A stretch of DNA of 64,000 nucleotides from Candidatus Dormiibacterota bacterium (GTDB taxonomy: Bacteria > Chloroflexota > Dormibacteria > Aeolococcales > Aeolococcaceae). Both the position numbers and the translations under genes were made by a program. Positions within the stretch are counted from its first letter, which is position 1. The number at the start of each line of letters is the position of its first letter. Shown in pieces: positions 20,105 to 28,596 of the stretch. The stretch spans positions 1,664,001 to 1,728,000 of the forward strand of contig OY970355.1 of NCBI GenBank assembly GCA_963718525.1, read 5' to 3'. The notes under the pieces are model-generated. The model did not search any database and had not been told where the DNA came from. It saw only the letters and a program-made list of their open reading frames with translations.

Positions 20105-20512
20105 ATGGCACAAGGAACCGGGACTCGGGAGGATCCATGGCAGCTGACGACTCCGAGCGGGACGTCCACGTATGAGATGTATCGCGATGAGAGCCTCGAT
20201 CCACCGGCTCTTGTCTGCACGGTCGGCACCACGCAGCTTCGTTATCAGTTGCGGTGCGTCGAGGACCTGCACCAGATGCTCAAGGATCGCGGTGACTGGG
20301 TACCGCTGGGGAGCGCCGACGAGCAGAAACCCGCCGCGGACGGGACGGTCGAGGCGTGGGGGCGCTCCCCGGACAACCCGGTAGCCGGCTGGTACGGCCT
20401 GACGAAGGGGCTGCGAGGGCGCTTCGGCATGTACCTCCCGCCGTTGATGGAGGCTCTTGGACTCGCCCAGGTCGAGCACAATCCGCGCAACAACAGGATG
20501 CGAGCGATCTAG
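20105..20512 (+). CDS. Conserved hypothetical protein (DUF6855-like)
   Basis: GGAGG SD before ATG 20105. GTREDPWQLTTP...GWYGLTKGLRGRFGMY family pattern recognised from memory. Confidence 0.72.
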   Translation: MAQGTGTREDPWQLTTPSGTSTYEMYRDESLDPPALVCTVGTTQLRYQLRCVEDLHQMLKDRGDWVPLGSADEQKPAADGTVEAWGRSPDNPVAGWYGLTKGLRGRFGMYLPPLMEALGLAQVEHNPRNNRMRAI

Positions 20513-20532
20513 GTGTGCGCCCGATCGGGCGC

Positions 20533-20847
20533 CTACTCGATCTTGGTGATGTACGCGCCGACGAGCGTCGCCTTCTGCTGGTCGACCCCGCCGTCGCGGC
20601 GGTCCCCGTGCGCGTCCTGGAAGTGTGCAAAGGCTGCCGTCGAGGAGATGGGATTGACCTCGTCATCCCCGTGATCGTGGAAGGAGACGTGGACGAATGA
20701 GCCGTCTTCGAGCCGCAAGACGATGTAGCTCACGTTGCTGGGCTTGGTGGCCTCGAGCTCGGCGAAGACACCTTCGACGCGTCGTTGATTCTCATCGGCG
20801 GCCTGAGCGGACTTTGTCGCGTACCGGGTGACCAATCGCTTATGCAC
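20533..20847 (-). CDS. Small hypothetical protein (dimeric alpha-beta barrel-like)
   Basis: GAGGAG SD before GTG 20847; RYATK..ADENQRRVEGVFAEL...LEDGSFVH. Confidence 0.7.
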   Translation of the reverse strand: MHKRLVTRYATKSAQAADENQRRVEGVFAELEATKPSNVSYIVLRLEDGSFVHVSFHDHGDDEVNPISSTAAFAHFQDAHGDRRDGGVDQQKATLVGAYITKIE

Positions 20848-20883
20848 CTGAGCTCCTCGTGTGGGTCTCGATAGACTACGCGC

Positions 20884-21255
20884 ATGGACTGGAAGATCGA
20901 ACTCGTCGCCATCCCCGTCACCGACGTCGACCGCGCCAAATCGTTCTACGTCGACCGGGTCGGTTTCAACGCCGACCACGACTACCAGGTCAATGAAGCC
21001 CTGCGCTTCGTTCAGCTCACTCCCCCCGGTTCGGCGTGCTCCGTCGTCATGGGTGAGGGCATCACCGACATGCCACCCGGCTCGCAGCGAGGCGTGCAGG
21101 TGGTGGTGGGCGACGTTGCCGCGGCTCGAGAGCAGCTCGTGAGCAAGGGTGTCGCCGCGAGCGAGATCGACGTGCAGTCGTGGGGTTCGTTCGTGACGTT
21201 CAGCGATCCCGACGGCAACACCTGGGCGTTGCAGCAGCTGCCTGAGCGTCAGTAG
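20884..21255 (+). CDS. VOC/glyoxalase family protein
   Basis: IPVTDVDRAKSFY, VQLTPPGS and FSDPDGNTW motifs. Confidence 0.92.
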   Translation: MDWKIELVAIPVTDVDRAKSFYVDRVGFNADHDYQVNEALRFVQLTPPGSACSVVMGEGITDMPPGSQRGVQVVVGDVAAAREQLVSKGVAASEIDVQSWGSFVTFSDPDGNTWALQQLPERQ

Positions 21256-21272
21256 CGAGCCGGGCGGCCGCC

Positions 21273-22235
21273 ATGAGAGCGGTGGTCCACGACCGGTATG
21301 GGCCTCCAGCCGTGCTGCATATCGAGGACGTCGAGCCACCGGTTCCCACCGCGCACGAGGTCCTGATCCGAATCCACGCGACCACGGTGAGCCGCACCGA
21401 TTGCGCGCTTCGCGCCGGCGAGCCGTTCTTCTCGCGATTCGTCACCGGAGTACGCCGGCCGAGGCGGAGGATTCTGGGCAGCGATCTGGCGGGCGAGGTC
21501 GTCGCGCTCGGCGCGGCGGTCACCCAGTTCAACGTCGGGGATCGCGTCTTCGGCATCAAGCCGTGGAAATTCGGGGCGCATGCGGAGTTCATCTGCATGG
21601 AGGAGCACGCCGCGCTGACCCACATGCCGTCCAATGCCACCTTTGACGAAGCTGCCGCGGTGTGCGACGGGGCGATCCTCGCGCTGAACTGCCTGAGGCC
21701 TGGGAAGGTTCGAAGCGGGCAGTCGATCCTGGTCAACGGTGCCTCCGGATCGATGGGCACCGCCGGCGTGCAGCTCGCGAGGGCGCTGGGCGCCAACGTC
21801 ACCGGCGTCTGCAACGCGATGAGCTTCGAGCTCGTGCGGTCGCTTGGCGCCGATGATGTCATCGACTACACAGAGCAGGACTTCACCAGGGACGGCCGCA
21901 CATATGACGTCATCTTCGACGCTGTGGGGAAGCTCGCATTCTCGCGCTGCAGGAATTCCCTGAAGCCAGGCGGTGTCTTCCTGCCGACCGATGGGATGCG
22001 AAACCTGGTGCTGACCGCATGGACCTCACGAATCGGAGATCGGAAGGTGGTCTTCGAGATACCGCCGAAGTTCACCAAGAAGGATGTGGTCTTCCTCAAA
22101 GAGTTGATGGAGGCCGGCAAATATCGCGCAGTCATCGACCGGCGCTACCCGCTCGAGCGGGTGGTCGAAGCAACCAGGTACGTCGAGCTGCACCAGAAGA
22201 CGGGCAATGTTGTCCTGACGGTCGCGGCGCGCTGA
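21273..22235 (+). CDS. NAD(P)-dependent MDR-family oxidoreductase (quinone reductase-like)
   Basis: YGPPAVL, GSDLAGEV, VNGASGSMG and YDVIFDAVG motifs. Confidence 0.9.
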   Translation: MRAVVHDRYGPPAVLHIEDVEPPVPTAHEVLIRIHATTVSRTDCALRAGEPFFSRFVTGVRRPRRRILGSDLAGEVVALGAAVTQFNVGDRVFGIKPWKFGAHAEFICMEEHAALTHMPSNATFDEAAAVCDGAILALNCLRPGKVRSGQSILVNGASGSMGTAGVQLARALGANVTGVCNAMSFELVRSLGADDVIDYTEQDFTRDGRTYDVIFDAVGKLAFSRCRNSLKPGGVFLPTDGMRNLVLTAWTSRIGDRKVVFEIPPKFTKKDVVFLKELMEAGKYRAVIDRRYPLERVVEATRYVELHQKTGNVVLTVAAR

Positions 22236-22290
22236 TGACGGCCGGCGTCGTGCTGCACAAACCGGAAGCGCCAGATGTGGCGACTCGGGA

Positions 22291-23091
22291 TCAGCCGGAC
22301 CGCGCCGCGCGCGCGGCCCTTGCGGCAGCCTCGGCTGCGTTGGCCGCGTCCTCGGCGGCTGATGCCTCCTCGGCGACAACCCGAGCCTCCTCCGCCATCC
22401 GCTCCGCCTGATGTCGCTTCGAATCCGCCGCTGTTCGTGCACGTTGCGCAGCAGACTCCAGGTGGGCGGCTTCCCGTTCAGCTTCGCGCCGCGACAGCAC
22501 CTCAACAGCTGCGGAGGTGCGTTGAGAGGACGGTTCACGATGCGCTGATGGGGAGCGCCGGCGCAACGGCTTCAGGATCGCCGCCAGATCGGGGACGTCG
22601 TCTTCCGGTTGACCCATTGCTCCAAACCCGGCTGCATCGAGGTCGCGGTCCACTGTCCCGGTCCACAGCGCGCGCCGTTCGGCAGCTCCGGCGGTGGCGG
22701 CCGCCTGCAGCGTGGCCCGGATGCGGCGGCCCGTCTCCTCGCTCGTCGCATGCCCGGCACGCCCGAGCACACCGGTGGCGGCCGCGGCGGCGGCTTCGAC
22801 CGCGTCGCGAAGCCGGCTCGACGCAGCGAGCAGATCCTCGCGGCTCCCGGTGCCCGCCGCGACGCTCAGCTGAGCGTCCCGCACGTCAGCCCCGGCGGCC
22901 AGGAGCTCGGTGACCAGCCCGGGATGGCCGGGCGCGAGCTGATCGATCGCCCAGACGCCGACGGGAGGCTTGCGGAGCCTGGCGGCGGCTGCGGCTGACG
23001 TCGGATCTGTCGATCGAAGCTCGCGTACCAGCGCGGTGCGCCGGGCAACGAAATCTTCGAGCGGTCCGCGATAGAGCTCGGCCGTGTCCAC
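22291..23091 (-). CDS. Conserved hypothetical helical protein with Ala-rich coiled-coil tail
   Basis: ELYRGPLEDFVARR...LRKPPVGVWAIDQL family pattern; GTG start at 23091. Confidence 0.7.
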   Translation of the reverse strand: MDTAELYRGPLEDFVARRTALVRELRSTDPTSAAAAARLRKPPVGVWAIDQLAPGHPGLVTELLAAGADVRDAQLSVAAGTGSREDLLAASSRLRDAVEAAAAAATGVLGRAGHATSEETGRRIRATLQAAATAGAAERRALWTGTVDRDLDAAGFGAMGQPEDDVPDLAAILKPLRRRSPSAHREPSSQRTSAAVEVLSRREAEREAAHLESAAQRARTAADSKRHQAERMAEEARVVAEEASAAEDAANAAEAAARAARAARSG

Positions 23092-23156
23092 CGCTCTGCA
23101 GTGTGACGATCGCTGCCCCGGACTGGCCTGCCGCTGCTTGAGAAGATGTGGGTGCG

Positions 23157-23819
23157 TCAGGCGGCCGCGCGCACCCGACCGATGAAGTCCTTGAATGCTG
23201 CTTCGCCGCTGGTCGTCCACATCTCGACGACGGGAGGCGGTAGCAGGGAGAACGTGAAGGCAAGTTCTTCCTGGTTCATCTGCTCGAAGATGAGACCGAG
23301 GATGAGCCAGATCTTGTCGCCGCTGAAGTGCGCCATCGCGTGGCCTGGCAGCGCTCCCCACTCTTCCGGCGAGATGTTGCGCGAGGCCAGTGGCAGGATC
23401 TCGACTTCCTCCTCGACGAAATGCTGGTCGACTTCGGCGCCGAGCGCAGTGAGCGCTTCTGCGAACCGGCGTCCCTGGATGCCGTCTCCGGAAGCATTCC
23501 ACGCGGCCAGCGCGTGACCCGCGCTTTCACGCAACCGGTGAATCGTGTCGTGCTCGCTCTCCATGCGCTCAAGGAGCTCAGCTGCCTGCGGGCAACGCGC
23601 GCTGAGCAACGGCCAGACGCATGCGTCCTCGCCGCCATGGTGCGCATCAAGGAAGCGCAGAACGTTGTCGAAATACGAATACACGGCTGCCATCTTCTGG
23701 CTGTCACCGTCGCGCACCCCGGTGATCACGTGATCCGCTGAGGCGAAGACGGACCGAAACATGTTGTGCGGGATGAGCATGTCCGACGTTTCCGTTTCAT
23801 AGATGGCGGTCTCGGTCAT
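23157..23819 (-). CDS. Hemerythrin-domain protein
   Basis: HNMFR, HHGGED, EH..IH and HFVEEE..ILP motifs; GAGGAGAAGG SD. Confidence 0.85.
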   Translation of the reverse strand: MTETAIYETETSDMLIPHNMFRSVFASADHVITGVRDGDSQKMAAVYSYFDNVLRFLDAHHGGEDACVWPLLSARCPQAAELLERMESEHDTIHRLRESAGHALAAWNASGDGIQGRRFAEALTALGAEVDQHFVEEEVEILPLASRNISPEEWGALPGHAMAHFSGDKIWLILGLIFEQMNQEELAFTFSLLPPPVVEMWTTSGEAAFKDFIGRVRAAA

Positions 23820-23936
23820 TTCCTTCTCCTCGTGCCTGGTGGTGACAGGACTTGCGCTCCGGTGTGCTTTGGTTTTCAGGCACAGCTGCATCGTTCCACG
23901 GGACGGGCTGGGCCACATCCGGGAAAACCCCTGTTT

Positions 23937-26822
23937 TCAGCCGGGGGCGGCCACCTTCGCGGCTGCATACACCGCCAATTGCGCCCGAGTACGCATGCCG
24001 AGCTTCTGCCTCAGCCCGCTGATGTGCTGTTCGACGGTGCGCTCCGAGAGGAACAGTCGCACGGCGATCTCGCGGTTCGAGAGACCGTCGGCGACGAGGC
24101 CGAGCACTTCGGCTTCGCGCGCGGTGACCCCAGCGTCCCTCAGGCCATCAGGCAGCGACCACACAGCCCGGGTCCGCCGGCTCACGCGGACTCCGGCACG
24201 GCGAAGCAGCGTTCTGCATGCGGATGCCAGCCGGTCGTTCCCCGCCTCGTCGAAGAAACGCCCTGCCTCCGTTAACCAGGCGACAGGGTCACCCCAGCCG
24301 TCGGCAATGGCGGCCTCACCGGCAAGGCGACGCATCAAGTTTCGATACCAGGGCATGAGGGCCAGTCGCTTGTCGCCGAGCATCATCGATGCACTGGCTT
24401 GAGCTCCTCGCCCTGCCCGGCCGTGCAGCACGGCCTCCGCGTAGGCGAGGTAGCCCGCTGCCTGTGCATTCAGACGCGTGATGCCCGCCGCAGCGGAGAA
24501 ATCCGGCTGCGCTCCTTCAACCGCATCGATGACCGTGAGCAGTGCCGCGCCGAGCCGAGGCAACACCGAGGGTGGTGCGGTGAGGAGTGAGATCGCGTGC
24601 TGCAGCTCCGCGCGGGCTCGAGTCCGATCCTCCAGCGCCAGCGAGGCAATCGCACGACCGTCTCCCCAGAGTGCGGCAATCAGTTCGGGGTCGTCACCAC
24701 CCAATGTCAAACTCCGGGTGAACTCTGCCTCCATGCGACCGCGAGCCCCGCGCCCGGCCTCGAGGATGCCGAGGAATGCATGCGCCACCGCGGCCACGGC
24801 ACGCTGTTCCAGCAGTTCCGCCATCTCGACGCAGCGCGTGCACGTGTCGCGGGCCTCGGCGATCCGGAACTGAGCCTCGAGACCGGCACCGATCTCGAGG
24901 CTCAGGCTCGTGGCGGTTGCAACCGCTCCCAGGCGTTCCGCTTCATCGCGCGCTCGTTTGAGGATTTCGACGCTGCCTGACCGGAACATCGCGACAACGC
25001 CGAGCTGGTAGAGGGCTCGCATCCTCCAGTAGGCGAGCCCGGCGTCCTCCGCGACCTGGAGCGCCCGCTCGCCGATGTCCTTCGCCTCATCGAGGTCCCG
25101 AGTTCGCGCACACCTCGACGCAACCTCTAGGGCCTCGCAGATCACTTCAGGCTGATGGGTTGCAAGAGCGCTACCGGCAGCCCGGACCGCAAGCCCCTCC
25201 GCTTCACTGGAATGCCCCTCGGCCACCGCCAGCTGGGCCGCCACGGCGGCGACCCTGGCCGCGAGCGCCTCGTCGCCGGCGTCGGCAGCCAGGCGACGGG
25301 CTCGAGCCAGCTCCTCACCGGCCACCTCGAAATGGGTGACCGTCACCGCGCAGCGCGCCAGCATGAGGTGTGCGTTGCCTCTGCGGGAGGGGGGTGCTCC
25401 TGTTGTGGCCAGCGTCTGCAGCAACGTCTCGACCGCGGCCTGGGTCCGTTTGACATCGCCTGCCGCGGAGGCTGCAGCGGCGAGCCTCTCCAGGGCGTCG
25501 GCGCGGACGAAGGGGTCGCCCGCGATGCTCACGGCGCGTTGCAACGCCGCGGCTGCCGTGTCGAGCGCACCGCGACTCAGGGAGGCCGCGCCCGCTTCAA
25601 GCAGATAGCTCGCCGCACGGTCTGCGAGCCCCGCAGCCTCGGCGAGGTCGGCGGCGAGATGGCGCCACTCGTCCGGGTGGGTCGCATCAAGCTCAAGAGC
25701 GGCGAGACAGCGATTCGCCAGCATGACGCGCTCGTTGGGCAGGAGTTCGTCGAGCATCGCGTCGCGCGTGAGCGCGTGACGAAAACCGAAACCACCGTCC
25801 TGGACCGCGAGCAGCTGCATGGAGACCGCTCGCGCGAGCACAGCCTCGGTCACCTCTGGATCACACTCAGCAGCCGTCGCCGCGAGGCGCCAGTTGAAAC
25901 GGCGTCCGAGCAGCGCACCCGCCCCGAGGAAGCGCCTTCCGTCCGGTCCCATGCCGTGCAGCCGCTGCCGCACGCTGACGCCGAAGCTGTCCGGGACCAC
26001 GCAACTCAGTGGCGCTGCGACCTCCCAGGTGTCACCGCGCTGCACCAGCGCCCCATTGGTGGCAGCCGCGGCGAGCAGCTCCTCCACGAGGAAAGGAATG
26101 CCTTCGGCGGCCTCGCGCAGCATTGCAGCAATCTCTGGGTCGACGACCATAGCGTGCAGACTCTGCGCCGCCATATCGGCGACCTCCTCCGGCGAGAGAG
26201 GTGGCAGCTTCATGACGGTCACCGCCTGTCGTGCTTCCAACCGGGACATGGCGTGCATCGCATCGTTGTCAGCTTCGTCGCGGATGGTGGACACGCACAG
26301 CACGGGCGTCATTCGCGCGTGGTCGGCAAAGTACTCAACGGCGTGGAGCGTCTCGGGGTCGGCCCACTGGAGATCCTCGAGGAGGAGCACGCAGCCGTTG
26401 GGGCCGCCAATCGCTTGTACGAGTTGGAGAAGACCCTCCGCAACCACAATCGGCGATTCCGCCTGGGCAACGTTCTCTCCGGGACGCCGTCCGGGCACGA
26501 CCCAGCTTAAAGCGGTTCGGAACCTGTCGAGTTCCGTGGAGTTGAGTTTCTGGTTAAGCAGGGGCGCGCCAAGTAGCGCCTCCGCCAGAGGTCGATACGG
26601 CACGGGGACCTGCGAGGGGACGCCGCGGCCGAGCAGCACAACCGTCCCCGCTTGCTCTGCAAGGTGACCCGCCTTGGTAAGCAGCCGCGATTTGCCGATG
26701 CCCGCGGGGCCGCGGATGAGGACGACACCCCCGTTGCCGCGCCGAGCCTCCGCCAGCGCGCTGATGAGGCCGGCACATTCGTGGTCGCGGCCGATGAGGG
26801 CCGGGCAAAGTATCCGGGCCAT
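23937..26822 (-). CDS. Large ATP-binding LuxR-family regulator (AAA ATPase + TPR-like + LuxR HTH)
   Basis: GPAGIGKS Walker A, LLEDLQWAD, FRHALTRDA, and C-terminal TAREAEVL...GLSNREIA..LFLSERTVEQH. Confidence 0.92.
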   Translation of the reverse strand: MARILCPALIGRDHECAGLISALAEARRGNGGVVLIRGPAGIGKSRLLTKAGHLAEQAGTVVLLGRGVPSQVPVPYRPLAEALLGAPLLNQKLNSTELDRFRTALSWVVPGRRPGENVAQAESPIVVAEGLLQLVQAIGGPNGCVLLLEDLQWADPETLHAVEYFADHARMTPVLCVSTIRDEADNDAMHAMSRLEARQAVTVMKLPPLSPEEVADMAAQSLHAMVVDPEIAAMLREAAEGIPFLVEELLAAAATNGALVQRGDTWEVAAPLSCVVPDSFGVSVRQRLHGMGPDGRRFLGAGALLGRRFNWRLAATAAECDPEVTEAVLARAVSMQLLAVQDGGFGFRHALTRDAMLDELLPNERVMLANRCLAALELDATHPDEWRHLAADLAEAAGLADRAASYLLEAGAASLSRGALDTAAAALQRAVSIAGDPFVRADALERLAAAASAAGDVKRTQAAVETLLQTLATTGAPPSRRGNAHLMLARCAVTVTHFEVAGEELARARRLAADAGDEALAARVAAVAAQLAVAEGHSSEAEGLAVRAAGSALATHQPEVICEALEVASRCARTRDLDEAKDIGERALQVAEDAGLAYWRMRALYQLGVVAMFRSGSVEILKRARDEAERLGAVATATSLSLEIGAGLEAQFRIAEARDTCTRCVEMAELLEQRAVAAVAHAFLGILEAGRGARGRMEAEFTRSLTLGGDDPELIAALWGDGRAIASLALEDRTRARAELQHAISLLTAPPSVLPRLGAALLTVIDAVEGAQPDFSAAAGITRLNAQAAGYLAYAEAVLHGRAGRGAQASASMMLGDKRLALMPWYRNLMRRLAGEAAIADGWGDPVAWLTEAGRFFDEAGNDRLASACRTLLRRAGVRVSRRTRAVWSLPDGLRDAGVTAREAEVLGLVADGLSNREIAVRLFLSERTVEQHISGLRQKLGMRTRAQLAVYAAAKVAAPG

Positions 26823-26875
26823 ATCGACCGCATTGTGGTTGACCTCCGCCCGGGCAGGCACACCCGAGTGGGCGA

Positions 26876-27250
26876 TCAGCCCTTGCGAGAAGCCTTCGCG
26901 CGGGTTGTTGCCTTGATGCTCTTCACCCGGTTCCGGATGAGCATCCCGATCGCCGCGAGTGGCAACGGCTCGTCCAGCGGGAACCGCAGGGTTGCCTTGG
27001 AGGACATGTGCTGCTCGAGCCCGACAGCGCGCGCCTCGTCAGGGCCGAACGCATACAGACCGATGTGGTGCACATGCGCCTGGAAGTACGTGAGGCGACC
27101 ACCGAGGTAGTAGTAGGGCATGCCGTAGCTGAGCCGCTCGTCGGCTTCCGGCGCTGCGGCACGAATGGTTTTGCGAAGATCTTCCAGCATCGGCCGCACG
27201 TCCACGGACGCTTCGGCGATGTACTCGTCGACGCCACTCGGCGGGCTCAT
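26876..27250 (-). CDS. DUF1801/YdhG-like protein
   Basis: VDEYIA...LRKTIRAAAPEADERLSYGMPYY and KATLRFPLDEPLP motifs. Confidence 0.85.
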   Translation of the reverse strand: MSPPSGVDEYIAEASVDVRPMLEDLRKTIRAAAPEADERLSYGMPYYYLGGRLTYFQAHVHHIGLYAFGPDEARAVGLEQHMSSKATLRFPLDEPLPLAAIGMLIRNRVKSIKATTRAKASRKG

Positions 27251-27384
27251 GCGGAGACGTTACCGCGCTGCGGCTGAGCGCCGCTGACCCGGGTGTCAGC
27301 GGTCGACCGCCGTCATGTCCGCGTGGCGGTCGTAGGCAAGCGGTTCGTGACGTAAATCACGCTCAGTTTCCTCATCTGAGGGAG

Positions 27385-27480
27385 TGTCAAGCGTCACCCG
27401 GAACCGGTGTAAAGCATCACCCGGAACTCTGTAAAGGATCAGCCGGATACGTTTTGTCGCGTATCAGCCGGATCTATACA
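27385..27480. repeat. Four imperfect direct repeats ending in ...ACA, resembling an orphan DDE-transposon end
   Basis: tgtcaagcgtcacccggaac (27385), tgtaaagcatcacccggaac (27408), tgtaaaggatcagccggata (27430) and tgtcgcgtatcagccggatctataca (27455). Spacing 23/22/25 bp. Confidence 0.7.
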
Positions 27481-27488
27481 GCAAAAAG

Positions 27489-27560
27489 CTGGGGAGGAAG
27501 GATTCGAACCTTCGGATGGCGGATCCAAAGTCCGCTGCCTTACCACTTGGCGACTCCCCA
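27489..27560 (-). tRNA. tRNA-Gln (anticodon TTG), CCA not encoded
   Basis: TGGGGAG/CTCCCCA acceptor stem, anticodon loop CTTTGGA, T-loop GTTCGAATC. Confidence 0.96.
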
Positions 27561-27606
27561 GTGGCACGTCGATCCTACCCGGGGCTGCGCTCAGCGGCCG
27601 GGTTCC

Positions 27607-28533
27607 TCAGCGCCTCGAGCCGGCCGGAGCTGCCTCGACATCACGGCCGACCGCATCGCGCTGCCGGGTCAACCAGTCGATCACAACCTCGACGAACTCG
27701 CCCGGCACCTCGAGCATGGGCACATGGCCGGCTCCGGCGAACTCGTGGTACTCCCAGTCGGGGCGCATCGAGGCGATGTTCCGGGCCGCGGCGACCGGGA
27801 CGAGACGGTCGCGATCTCCCTGGAGCAGCAGCGTCGGGGCGCGGACCTCCTGCACCCAACTGAAGACCCTGCGCCTCTGCACGAGCGCCGCCACCAGTGA
27901 TCGCGTCGCCGCATAGAACAACTCGTGCCAGCTGGACTCAGCGAGCCGCTCCGCCTCGAGCGCGACGTGCGCATCGACCACCGCCCGTTCGACGCGGCTC
28001 GGGTCGTTGCTGACCAGGCGCATGGTCTCGCGGACCAGGCTCTCCGGACCGACAGCCGCCACGGCTCGGCTGAGCCGCTTCGCTCCCCAACGCGGCATGA
28101 ACGCGGTCGCCAGGAACGTCCGAGAGACGGCGTCGAGCCGGGGCGGAAATGCGCCGCGCGGCGGCGGCACCGCGGGATCCACCAGCACGAGCAGGTCGAC
28201 GAGGCTCGGGTGCAGCGCCGCGGCACCGATCGCGAGCAGCCCGCCCATGGAGTTGCCCATCAACACCACCGGTCCCGGCGACAGCCGGGTGATGGCCCGG
28301 GAGACCAGGTCGACATTGGCGGCAATCGTCGAGCGCCGCCCGGCAAGCGGCGACCGGCCGAACCCGGGGAGGTCGAGCGCGTAGACGCGGTGGTGCGCCG
28401 CCAGCTGCGGCGCGACCGCCATCCAGTTCAAGTGCGCCCCGCCGAGGCCATGGACGAGCAGCATCGCCGGTCCATCACCGCCGAAATCGGCCACGTAGAT
28501 CGGCCCTTCGACGTCGAGCATTGAGGACTGCAC
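27607..28533 (-). CDS. Alpha/beta hydrolase
   Basis: HGLGG, DLPGFGRS, GNSMGG nucleophile elbow, GDRDRLV and GHVPMLE motifs. Confidence 0.92.
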   Translation of the reverse strand: MQSSMLDVEGPIYVADFGGDGPAMLLVHGLGGAHLNWMAVAPQLAAHHRVYALDLPGFGRSPLAGRRSTIAANVDLVSRAITRLSPGPVVLMGNSMGGLLAIGAAALHPSLVDLLVLVDPAVPPPRGAFPPRLDAVSRTFLATAFMPRWGAKRLSRAVAAVGPESLVRETMRLVSNDPSRVERAVVDAHVALEAERLAESSWHELFYAATRSLVAALVQRRRVFSWVQEVRAPTLLLQGDRDRLVPVAAARNIASMRPDWEYHEFAGAGHVPMLEVPGEFVEVVIDWLTRQRDAVGRDVEAAPAGSRR

Positions 28534-28596
28534 GCCTCAATCGTAGGCTGCCGTCTCCGAGGCTCGGCTCCGGTGAGCCCGTATACTCGTGAGCAC

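Noticed and set aside
27385-27480. Mini CRISPR array
   Set aside because: Repeats are degenerate and nearly adjacent, with only a few nt between them. There are no unique 30-40 nt spacers and no cas genes.
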